The position numbers and the translations under genes were made by a program. Below the pieces are notes generated by a model, which saw nothing but the letters and a program-made list of their open reading frames with translations, was not told where the DNA came from and ran no database searches. From NCBI RefSeq assembly GCF_009914755.1, contig NC_060933.1: a DNA stretch of 64,000 nucleotides. The stretch is one strand, 5' to 3'. Of the stretch, positions 42,300 through 55,451 are shown one piece after another. This stretch comes from the human T2T-CHM13v2.0 reference genome, Homo sapiens. How positions within the stretch are numbered: position 1 is the stretch's first letter; each line of letters begins with the position of its first letter.

Positions 42300-43685
42300 C
42301 TCCATATATTCACTTGTCTGCAAATAGTCCTTGAGTTGCAGGATCCAGGTGGGAGTAGTTTGAACAACATTGCTTCACCGTCCCACCTTAGGCATTCTCT
42401 GGAATTGCTGCTCTGGGGACAACTGCCTTCACAGAACCAACAGCATTCCATTGGGTTGCCTGTCAATTTTCTCCCGAGCAACCCCAGCTGCAATTAAATC
42501 AATACACATCTGCATGCAGTTCACCTGCTGGGGTTCCTTCTCATCTTGTGGGGTGGTTACCCACAGAGGGGGCACCTTCCCTTTCTTTATGGCATGGGTT
42601 CCCAGGTCCTGCCAATGCCTTTCTGTCTCCCCGAGGGCTGCCATAGCATTAGTCACTTCATGTATATGGCGCCTCACATACGGGGTGAGACCAGCAGCTA
42701 GAGAACCAAAAGCTCTCTGGGGCACTGAGCCCAGCACAAGATCCCTCATGTGGGAGGTAAAGCGTTCATCATTTGGCCTCCGGGTATTCAGATCAAACAT
42801 AGCCTGCCACATACCCATCTCCTGGAGTATCTGCACCAAATCAGTATATGATTGCCGTTTACTCACTGTTTCTGGTATCTTTTTGGCATCATTCCAAACA
42901 GTCCGTATGGCTGCCATCAGCCACTCAATTAATGTGTGGTCACCTTGTCCTCGTACCATTGGCATGGCTGCAGCCACTGATGAAAGGAGGGATGAGTTGT
43001 GATAGAAGCCAGTTTCTCCATCTCAGAGGCAGAGCAAGAAATGCTATCAGTTCCTTTGTCCCGGAGACAGAGCATTCAGGTAGGGAGGGGTTCCCCTGGG
43101 TGCGGCCTGCACTGTTTACCTAACTGCTGCAACTCAGTGCAGGTATAAGCACTATAAGAGGTGTGTTCTACCACTTTGGGGGGTCCCTGGGCTCTCCCCT
43201 GGGGTCATATCAGCTGCTTATGTTCTACCTTTTGATGGATCACAGGGTGAGCCCACAGTGGGGGAGCCTCCTTCTCTTTGGCATCAGACCAAACAAGAGT
43301 GTCCGGCCAGGAGGACAGGCTTAAGGTCACGCCAACAGCTGTTGCTAAGTCCTGTTCCAAGCTGTTTATCTGGGCCTCCAAGTGCCCTGCTTGTGCCTGG
43401 AGATCCCCCATCCTCAGGTCCTGTTCCAAGCTGTGCACTTGGGCCCGTAGGTGTGAAGCTTGCACTGGGAGGTCTCTTACCTGTGGGACTGAGCGTGTAC
43501 TTCCCGCAGTGCAGTCAGAAATGCCCATCCAACTCTCCTGGCGAAGGTGCATTCCTTCTCTGTGCTGTGTGCTTCCAGCTGCTTCAGTGCTTTTTCCACA
43601 TTTGCGGGAGACCCGCCCACTGCCTCCCACATTTCCACTGGGGCACATCCAAGCAGCACCTCTGCCACCGGGTACCATAGCCCAT
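42300..43685 (-). pseudogene. gag: gag remnant
   Basis: ORFs 42429-42977 (TLIEWLMAAIRTVWND..) and 43205-43678 (coiled-coil-like repeat), positioned between PBS and protease. Confidence 0.7.
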
Positions 43686-43929
43686 GCTGCAAGATGTTAG
43701 GGAGTGGCTCTCTAGCTGCTGTTCTCACCCCAAATGTGGGATGCCACATACATGAAGGGACTACTGATATGGCAGCCCTCTGGGACGCAGAAGGCCATTG
43801 GTGGGACTGAGGAACTAGTGCCATAAACAACGGGAAGATGCCCACTCCACAGGTAACCATGCCACGAGGTGAGAAGGGGTCCCAGAAGCCGACCCAGGAG
43901 CCCTCGGGGGCTGAAGACCCACTCACTTC

Positions 43930-43947
43930 ATCCTGCCAACGTTGCCA
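43930..43947 (-). promoter_or_regulatory. Primer binding site, tRNA-Ser-like
   Basis: TGGCAACGTTGGCAGGAT 2 nt after the LTR CA end; 14/18 match to the complement of the remembered tRNA-Ser(AGA) 3' end, TGGCGTAGTCGGCAGGAT. Confidence 0.7.
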
Positions 43948-43949
43948 AT

Positions 43950-44584
43950 TGTCAGGTTCACGACTATGCCAAATGTCCTGCTTGGGGTCAGGTTCCAGAT
44001 CATGATGAGGTTCGAGGGGAGTGGGCAGATGGTCAGATAACTGAGAACAGTCAGCATGGGCTGGAACCTGACTGTGAAAAAACACTCAGGGGGCTATGAA
44101 CAGGTGAAGTGTAGTTTTATTCAGCAGCTCTCTCATCAGCAGCTTACTCACACTAGCTCTCCCACACTATCCACCTTTTCTCAGCTGCTTAGTCCGGCAG
44201 CCCCCACACACAGCTGCACAACCGGCTCTCCCGTCAGGGTCAGCAGCTTAACTCTTTCTCTCTCTCTGGGCATGAGCAAGCTGAGCTCTGTTCTGGCTCC
44301 CTCCTTTGTCATCTGCAAAGATGGACAGCTCTGGTGCTCTCTTTCTCTGGGCGAGAAATGCACCTGTACAGTGTCAACAGGGTAATCATATCTTTTACAG
44401 ACAATAGTGGCTTAGAGCCAAGTGATGAGCCTTCCCTATGCTATGGCTATGGTGGTGAGCTTCTCTATGTTATGTCTACACGGCTATGATAATGAGTGGA
44501 GTTATACGCCTGCACTCTAAACTCAATGGGTCTGGATGTTTATCTCTGCCTGTCCTTGACCAAAGCACAGCCATATTCCTTAGA
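43950..44584 (-). mobile_element. 5' LTR (LTR18 family)
   Basis: Direct repeat of 38086-38682 (roughly 89% over a hand-aligned ~160-nt block); ends ...GTGAACCTGACA next to the PBS. Confidence 0.88.
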
Positions 44585-45134
44585 AGAGAGTAATCACACT
44601 TCGTGCTGCAGGCATGATCTAATCAGGAACGGGTCAGGAAAGACCTCTTCCCACCCAGTAGGGTTGTTTGGTTGGCTAGGTGCACTAACTGGGGTGAAGA
44701 CTGCTAAATTCCTGTTAAGCATCAGGCATTGCAGCTGCAAGATGTTAGGGAGTGGACTTGACTGGGTAATAGTCTAATCTGCTGCAGCTTTCCAGTATTA
44801 CTGCAGGGTGCTATTTCAATTTTCTATGAATTCCTCATTGCTATCTCTGTCTTTTGGAATCTAAGAAAGTGTATCTACTTCTTTAAACAGAGATTATGGG
44901 AAGAGAGGACTTTAGTGCTGAAAGAGAATTTAGAAATTATCTGTTCTGATCTTCTGACTTCACAGAGGGTAAAATTTATGTTGTTAAATGCTAAGTGACT
45001 TGCCCAAGAGCATATTAGGAGCTGGTGGCAGAACTAGGATTAGAAGCTGGGTTCCATGGCGCCAATCAGATCTTCTTTCCATTATGTTATAATTAAGATC
45101 CACTGTACAAAGGTCAGTCAGTTTCAGCTATGCC

Positions 45135-45312
45135 TGAGGTTCACCAAACTTTCTTAAGCCTGGAGGGCTTGTTACAATACAAATTGGTGGGTTCTACCCC
45201 CAGGGCTTCTGATTCAGTAGTAAATGTCAATGGGCTGAGAAGGTGGAAGTTTAATAAGTTATCAGGTAATGATGCTGCTGCTAGTCCAGGGACCAAACCT
45301 TGATAACCACTG
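45135..45312. mobile_element. MER5A hAT element
   Basis: cctggagggcttgttacaatac...ttctgattcagtag...tgctgctagtccagggaccaaaccttgataaccactg. Confidence 0.75.
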
Positions 45313-45359
45313 AGATATCCTAAAGTTACCAAATGGGACAAACATTTCTTTCTCTTCTC

Positions 45360-46400
45360 ATTCATTTGTTCAGTTGTTTATTCACTCAGTCATCAAATAT
45401 TTATTGAGTATCATCAACTGAAAGCCTCACATGTTGGTGCTGGGGATGGGAAACATGAAGATGACAAAAGCACAATCCTCTTCTTGAGGAGTTCACAATC
45501 ACTGGGGAGGGACAGATGCATAAATAAGCAATTACTGGGCAAACATTTAAGTGCAGTGATAGAATTCTGCAGAAAGTTAATGGCTGCACCAGAATCAAAG
45601 TAACTGAAGTGGAACTATTTCACGGAAGGCTTCACCGGAAAGGCAACACTCAGTCTGGGCCTTGAAGGACAAGTGGGATTTCTCCATATAATGCAGGGAC
45701 AAAAAGATATTCCAGCTTGAAGGAATAGCATGTGTAAAGGCATAAAGAATGACATTTTAGGGAGAACTGGCTTAAGTAAGTGGCAGAAACATTGGCTGTA
45801 CGGAACAGATGTCGAGGAGTGGAAGACAATTAAGACAGAAAGTTATGGAGCTGAAGATGAAAGGCATTTCATGATCTGCCAAAGTGTTTGGGATTCATCT
45901 TGTATGCAGCAAAGATACTGAATGGTTTTAAGCAGGAACATGTTTTCAAGTAGCTTGGGCTACAGTGGAGAGTAGATGAGAGGGTTTCCTGGAAGCAAGG
46001 AGGAATTAAGAATCTATTATAGCAATCTACATGAGAAATGATGGTAACTGGTCCAAAACAATAGCAATGGGAATGGACAGAAGTGACGATTAGAAAGTTA
46101 AAATAACCAGGGCGTGTTAACAGGTCAGAAGTAAAGAATGAGGGTAAGGAGGGAGTCATAGATAATTCCATGGTTTCTAGCTTGGCCAGCTGATGAAGTG
46201 GAAAGACTATTAATAGAGATAAGAAATAAAAAAGAAATAGGTTGGAGGGAGATATTAAAGGTTCATTTGGGACACGTTGGGACTCTGATGTCTGAGGACA
46301 GACAAGAAGAAATGTCCTGCTGTGACTGGGAAATACAGTTGGAGGTTCAGGAGAATGGTGCAATGTCAGGATAGAGATTGGGGTAATGTCTTCGAAGGGA
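45360..46400 (-). mobile_element. L2 LINE fragment
   Basis: ttcatttgttca...caaatatttattgag 3' end; minus ORF 45869-46363 contains IISHVDCYNRFL (L2 ORF2-like). Confidence 0.7.
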
Positions 46401-47047
46401 ATGAGCTTAGGGAGATGAGTTGAATGTCTTCTCCTGGATTAATATTTACATTGCTGTCACAGTGATAAGTGATATAACCTCAATTATAAAGAAAGGAAAC
46501 CAAGAGATTAATGATACTAAGGGATAACCAGAAAAAAGTGAAAATCAAAATGCAAAATTTCTAATTTTGAAACTTGAATATTTTGAGAATGGACGCTAAG
46601 AAAACAACTGTAACAACATATGTTTCTAATTGGTGTTCTTAGCTGAGCCACTACTGGTTCATTGGCCTAAGACCTTCTTTGGGCAAATTCTTAACTCCTT
46701 CAGGTCTCAGTCATCTAATCTATAAAACAGGGTTGCTGAGGATTAAATAAAACAATTCAGGTAAAATATTTAGCATAATACTTGGCATATAAAAAGGGTG
46801 CTGTAATTTTTAATATATTTACTTATCAGTGGAACAACTGTGCTAGAAAGCAGAAAACAACTAAAAACACACATTAAAACTATCCAAGAAAACCACCAGT
46901 AAAAGAACAAGTGAAGTTAGTTACTGGGAAGACAAATGCTATTCAAATAAATGGCTTTTTCTTGCTACTTCCTGAATACACAGAATGGTATTTAGTCTGA
47001 CACGTCACCTACTATGACTAAAACACCACAAAACACCTCTAATTCCT

Positions 47048-47654
47048 TATATTAGTTTTCTATTGCTGAGACACAAAAATATCACAAACTCAGCAACTTC
47101 ACATAAATTTATCTCGGTTTCACATGACTGATACTCAGCTTAGGGTCTTACCAGACTGAAGCCAAGCTGCTGGTCGGAGCAGTGGTTCTTGGTTCTCATA
47201 GGGCCCTCATGCAAGTTCACAGGTCACAGGCAGCAATTCATTTCCTTGCAGTTGTAAAATTGAGGTCCTCATTTTCCTTCTGGCTGTCAGTTGGGGGCTA
47301 CTGTCAGCATCTTCAGGCTGCCTGCAGTTCTTTACCACATGGCCCCCAGAGGCAGTTCACAACATAGATGTGAACTTTTTCTCTACGGGCCAGCAAAGAA
47401 CTTCTGGAGCACTAAATCCTTCTCATGCTTCTAATCTGACTTCTGTCTCTGACTTCCAGACAGAGATTTATTGGGCTTATATGATTAGTCCTTCTAGATA
47501 ATCCATTTTATGGTCATCTGATGTGGTACCTTAATTACACCTGCAAAATCCCTTCACAGCCAGCACCTAGAATGGTGTTTGATTTGAGTAACTGGGAGGT
47601 GTGTGTACCCCAAGGGGCTGGAGACAGGGACCATCTCAAGACCCTCCTACCACA
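47048..47654 (-). mobile_element. MLT1-type MaLR LTR
   Basis: tatattagttttctattgctg...aattcatttccttgcagttgta..tgaggtcc...ctaccaca. Confidence 0.75.
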
Positions 47655-49171
47655 TTCCTGAAGCCCCTGCAAGTTCAGTCACAGGACTGAGCAGTGATTT
47701 TTAGTGGCATGGCTGGATTTAACATTTGACCCTCTGGCTATTTCTCTACATTCCATTTATATTTGAATGACAAGTTGCGAATACCTCAAAGTCCAAGAGA
47801 TATGCATTTTAGAATGATGTGTAATTATGGGTCTTTCACCTTTAAGTCTGTGCCCCTAACACCTACATAATCATTGGGTCAAGACAAGAATTTGTCACTT
47901 AAAAAAAAAAAAAAAAAAGGCAGCTTTTCAACTAAAATTGTTTACTATTGTTTAAGAAATGTCAGTTTGATCAATGTAGTCCTGGCAATAAATCAGTTGA
48001 GGCCAAGCCTGGTTTGAGGGGATATGTGAACATATACTTGCCCTAAACATATTTAATTAAAGAGCATGTATTTTATGTTGTCAAATCAACTGGCTTCTTT
48101 CAGGAGCCTCCTAGCTTAGACACAGCCAGGCTGAGAAACCATTAATAAAAAGAAGCAAGCAGCAAATGCTAAGCTAAGGGTGGAGCTGAAGTACAAATCA
48201 TGGTTGAGATGCTAACTTCCAGGGCCACCAGAAACAGCTGTCTCTGCACTGGTCTCAGCCAGGTAAAGCTCCAGAAACTTTTGAGACTGCTCTGCATTTG
48301 GGACACTCCAGGGCTGTCAACAACAGCTGTCTCCGCAACTGGCCTAGGGAAAAAAAAAGAGATCTCCCATCCCCTTCCCCTATCTTACCCAGATCCTTGA
48401 GGGTCAATCTATATGTGGGTCCTTTAATATGTTCATTTTGCTAGCTGATCACACTATTCCAGACTAGTCAATACAATACACAATAGGAACAAAAGATGGT
48501 GTAATGATTTCTTGAATATCTCGAGATATCAAAGTTTATACTCACTATATATAGCTTGAGTTAACGATATCTTGGACACTGATAAAAGCCAATGTTCACA
48601 TGTACATTCACATTTTGGTCTCTGGATCCTAGAGAAATGTATAAGTGCATTTTAAATTACTTTTTGTACTTTGTCTCTTGTCTCCTTCTTTGCTATAGGT
48701 AATGATGAGACTTTATAAACTCTCTTTTCCATGCTGTAAAGGGATTCTAAAGTCTGTAAATCATAATTAAGCTGGTGTTCTTACATGACTGAGTTATAAT
48801 CCATTGATTCTTGAGCCCATTTATCCTGCTTACTCCACCTCAGCTTCAACAAAAGGAAAGATATTGGGGGCAGTAAGTGAACTTTCTGTATTGAAGGATT
48901 AAGACGATGTCTCTGTCTCTGAAACCTCTCTGAGAAGATCAGACTCATCCCTAAAACAAACTAGGATGTCTGGGTTAGCACGGGCAGAAATCAGATTTTG
49001 GAGTATACTTCAAAAGAAAAAAAAAAAAACTTTTAACAAATGCAGATTTTCCTTTTGCTTCTTCCCACATTATAGACATGGTAGAACAATATTTTGCCCA
49101 TACTTAGTTAAATTATTCCAAGATGGAAAGAACCAAACACACTTTGGCATTATTAATGGTGAGCAGGCAGG

Positions 49172-49177
49172 TTTATT
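49172..49177 (-). terminator. DMAC1: Candidate distal poly(A) signal of DMAC1
   Basis: AATAAA on minus ~2.05 kb after the stop codon; usage not shown by sequence. Confidence 0.45.
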
Positions 49178-49240
49178 CAGAAAAAGCTCAGATTCATACT
49201 CGTAAAAGTCTGAGAAAAACATTAAAATGCTATTACAATA

Positions 49241-49649
49241 CAGTTGACCCAAACAACACAGGTTTGAACTGCGCAGGTCCACGTATCTGTGGATTTTCTT
49301 CCACCTCTGCCACTGGGACAGAAAGACCAACTCCTCTTGCTCCTCAGACTACTCAGCGTGAAGATGAGGATGAAGACCTTTAGGATGATTCACTTCTACC
49401 TAACGAATAGTGAATATATTACTTCCTTAATAACATTTTTTTTTCTCTAGCTTACCTTCTTGTAAGAATACGGAATATAATACATACAACACAAAAAATG
49501 TTAATCAACTGCTTTATGTTATCAATAAGGCTTCCAGTCAATTGTAAACTAACTACTAATTAAGTTTTTGAGGAGTCAGGTTATATGCAGATTCTCCACT
49601 GAGCAAATGTTCAGCGCTCTTAACTCCTGTGTTGTCCAAGGGTCAACTG
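49241..49649 (+). mobile_element. Tigger2a-like DNA element within the long DMAC1 3' UTR region
   Basis: TA-cagttgaccc..aacaacacaggtttgaactgcgcaggtccac ... gttgtccaagggtcaactg-TA. Confidence 0.85.
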
Positions 49650-51010
49650 TATATATATTTAAGAGTTATTATTTACCCAGTAGATCAAGCCAAGACCAAG
49701 TTAGGTTTATGTGTTTTTGGTTTAACCAAAGAAAATGTTCAGGGACTAAAGCAGTCCATCAATAGAACAGACTGCCTTTTAAACCAGGGAACAACTTGTC
49801 TTTGTAGGTATTTTAGGTATATGAATGACCATATGTATCTGCTTTGGGTCATCCATGGTCCCTTCCAACTTAAAACTTCTCTATTCATGAACATAGCATA
49901 ACTGAGCTATGGATTTCATATAAATAATATCTTGTTGCGTACTTTAGGTTTGAAATGTTTTCTTTTTCAGTTGCATAGATATATGTAGCACCATCCCCGC
50001 TATGAACTCTGATGTAGAAAATACAAGATTCTAAAGTCATCTGTGAGGCTAAATAGACTTAGGCACTTCCACATAATGCTGCAAAAAGCAACAGCCGTAA
50101 AGGTACTACCTGCTCAACATGTCATTCCAAACAAATACACTATGATTAGCAGCTGAATTTAACAGTATCTTTCCGCTTTGAAAAACACTTTATATACCTT
50201 TACAAAGAAGCCATAGTATCTCAGGGTAGAAAAACCCAATAGGTAGAAAACATGGCCTTCTCTTAGAAATGAACTATGTAATTTTGAGTACTTATCTCAA
50301 AATCATCACAGAAACATATCTAGTGCTTGTGGAAAAAGAATCAAAAGATCTTTTTTTTTTTTAGCTAAAGGTTTTGAATTTTTCTTGTGACATTTAAGTC
50401 TTTTATTGTATGCTGATTTTTATGATTATCTAACTGTTTCATAATGGTTATTCTTGCCTCCATGAAAGGGAAGACTAGAACAAAAAACTGACAAGAACAA
50501 GTTCTAGCTCCATCACGGACTTACTGAATGACCCTAGGCAAATCATGTGGGCTCTTTCTTGTGTTTTAAGTTTTACCTCCAATGAAGTAACTACCTCAGA
50601 CTAGCTGTGAAGCTCTCATAAGGTGATGGATTTGAAAATGCCTTGCAAAGTATCAGCAATTCATACACAGAAAATTTCACGTACTTCTATATATTGCATG
50701 ATGCCCACCCAGGGTTAGGTTAACAGTTGTTGATCCAATTATGAAAGAAATAAAAAGAACTCTTTAAAAAAATGAAGTAAAATAGCTAATTTTCCCGTTG
50801 GTTTACCATATGCTGTATTTAAAAGTTTTAAAAATTATACTAACTATATAACTAAACATATTTATGTTTATTATATATAATATGACATGCAATTATATAA
50901 GACATACTATTATGTTTATATATAATGCTTAATTAAGCAATTATATTTAAATATAAGTTATACTTTCCTTCCCCAGATAAGACAAAGAACCTGTTTACTT
51001 CTCTGAGGGA

Positions 51011-51016
51011 TTTATT
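51011..51016 (-). terminator. DMAC1: Candidate proximal poly(A) signal of DMAC1
   Basis: AATAAA on minus ~207 nt after the TGA, followed by a GT/T-rich stretch (ggttctttgtctt). Confidence 0.6.
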
Positions 51017-51222
51017 GGTTCCTGTGAAATCTGTGAAGGCCACAAACACTCCATAGCCAGAGAATGACAACATACGATTTTCTTTTCAGTCTTGTAGTAT
51101 CCACAGTAGTGATGTCTGTCCATGTACAAGTGTCTGTCCAGAACACCCATTAAATTCCATGCCTGCTCTGTGTGTCACGGGGAAAGGGACAGAGACAGAA
51201 GACAGATTCACTGGTGGTACTT

Positions 51223-51287
51223 TCAAACAACGCGGTAGGCCTTCCCTTTGGGGTCTGCCATGACAACGATACCCCAGGTGGCAATGC
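51223..51287 (-). CDS. DMAC1: DMAC1 coding exon 2
   Basis: Acceptor ttttttttctag|GC ATT GCC ACC TGG...; encodes IATWGIVVMADPKGKAYRVV then TGA (51225-51223); phase matches the exon 1 donor; recognised DMAC1 C-terminus. Confidence 0.95.
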
Positions 51288-51999
51288 CTAGAAAAAAAAC
51301 AACAATACCTTACCTTTATGCTGCATTTAAATTTACCAAGTGTTTCACATATACGCCATCTTATTTAACCCTCACAACACTTCTGGAGGATATATTACCA
51401 TTGTATCTTTCTTATAGGCAAGTGAAGCACAGAAAAAGAAAAAAAAATCAGGAAAAAAAAGAATATCCTGTAGGAGAATTTACCTATACAGGATCAAGAA
51501 GGTAAGACAGTTAGAAACCTAAAATTCTATTCACTGACAATCGGTTTGAAAGCTAAAAAAATCATGACGTTTGATTGGATGACATCTTGACGATCACAGA
51601 ACGGGGCTGTGGGCCACATTACCCAGGTGTACCAAGTAGGTGAGCTTAGAATCCACGTCTAAAGATCTGGGATTCAAGGCAAATTTCTTAAATTAAGGTC
51701 AAGGGCCCTCGCTCAGGCTTTCTCCAGGACCTGGAGAAAAAGTATGGGCTTTGAGATCTGATATACCTGGGATCAAGTGACTGTCATTTCCTGACCATGA
51801 ACACAATACTCCTCGTTGCCTCGGTTTGCTCCACAGTAAATACTATAATCATACCTACTTCTAACAGCTATTCTGAGAATTAAAAGGGCTGAGTCTAATA
51901 AGGGTTCTCAAGAAATACTAACTTAAAATTAAAAAAAAAAAAAGAAAGGCGTTCCAACAACTTCCTCTCCCACCTTGTTTGAGGTGCCCCCACCACCTG

Positions 52000-52560
52000 A
52001 CCAGCGGCAGCACCCCGCCTCCCCGCCCACGTGGCTGCTCCGTTTCCTTCCTCTACCCCGCAGATACCCAACCCGCCCAAGTGCTGTGCCTTGATTCTCA
52101 CTGAGGCCGATGACCATCTGCGTAATGGTCCATGGACTCGGGGGGTATCCCATCTTCATGGGCTTCCGTGCCACCCAGTACACGTACCCGCCCGCCCCCA
52201 TCAGCCCCAACCCAGAAAGCACGCGACAGCTCCAGCAGGTCTTCAACAGGCGGTGTTCTGCTGGGGAGGTCGGCGCTCCGGGTGTAGCTGGGGGCGCAGG
52301 TTTGGCGGGCGCGGCGGCGGTACCGGGAGGCGCAGTGATATAGGACTCAAAAGGCTGGGACAACCGAGACCCCATGCTCTGGAACTCGGCCTCAACCTTG
52401 GGCGTCTTTGGTTCAAACTGGCGTAAACGACGCACCGGAAGGCAGAGCGCCGGAAAGCAGAATGCCGGGACGCTAGCGCAGTGCGCGGAGGAATCTTAAG
52501 GGCTGCTGGGAAATGAAGTTCTCCTCCGCTTCAGAGGCGGAAAAGGTGAAAGAATGCTGC
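52000..52560. promoter_or_regulatory. DMAC1: CpG island / DMAC1 promoter with tandem ETS (CCGGAA) motifs
   Basis: Only CpG-dense segment in the window; CCGGAAG at 52435 and CCGGAA at 52450 (GABP/NRF-2-type pair, common at mitochondrial-protein genes); no TATA seen. Confidence 0.8.
52102..52375 (-). CDS. DMAC1: DMAC1 (TMEM261/C9orf123) coding exon 1; complex I assembly factor, 112 aa when spliced at the GT donor
   Basis: ATG in strong context (agagcATGG); MGSRLSQPFESYITAPPG...KTCWSCRVLSGLGLMGAGGYVYWVARKPMKMGYPPSPWTITQMVIGLS recognised as DMAC1; donor CTCA|GTGAGA at 52101; 814-nt intron. Confidence 0.95.
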
Positions 52561-52620
52561 TCTTTCCTGCTGGATTTCTCTGGCAGCAACAACCTTGGAT
52601 GCGCTGGAGGACAATTCCAG

Positions 52621-52664
52621 CCCTCCTCCCCGCCGCCCCCCCCGCCCCCCCCCCCCCCGCCCCC
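52621..52664 (-). repeat. G-run tract upstream of DMAC1 (G-quadruplex-capable, GC-box-like)
   Basis: ccctcctccccgccgccccccccgccccccccccccccgccccc on plus. Confidence 0.85.
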
Positions 52665-52852
52665 ACTGTTTTAGAAATTCTGTAATCGCTACTCACTAAA
52701 TGAATCACCTTTCAGTCTCCTTAAAGAAGTCTGGCTCTCTTAAGTTTCCTGCCTCACATGAACTGCGAGACCTTGGGCATGTCATATCTCCTATCCAGAG
52801 GCCTGTGAATCAAGGAGTTGGGTTTTATATGTGCATAATCATGTGCTAGATA

Positions 52853-55451
<2,599 letters not shown>

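Larger units (their letters stand above)
38086..44584 (-). mobile_element. HERV-S / HERVL18 provirus with two LTR18-type LTRs; internally deleted, all genes broken
   Basis: Paired ~600-bp LTRs, Ser-like PBS, PPT, gag, protease LVDTGAD, RT ANAFFSI..QGYMHSPT, env CWIC and CX6CC; candidate TSD GAGAG (+/-1 nt). Confidence 0.88.

Noticed and set aside
42370-43002. 210-aa and 192-aa (39367-39945) plus-strand ORFs in the ERV
   Set aside because: Antisense shadows of gag and env in GC-rich sequence; no evidence of function.
52031-52426. 131-aa plus-strand ORF antisense to DMAC1
   Set aside because: Expected by chance in a GC-rich island; non-ATG start, no recognisable domain.
51929-52435. 168-aa single-exon ORF as a separate protein
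   Set aside because: It is DMAC1 exon 1 plus leader and read-through into the intron; proper splice sites and a matching exon 2 explain it.
52476-52486. NRF1-like GCGCAGTGCGC in the DMAC1 promoter
   Set aside because: 3-nt spacer rather than the 2-nt spacing of GCGCATGCGC; not called.
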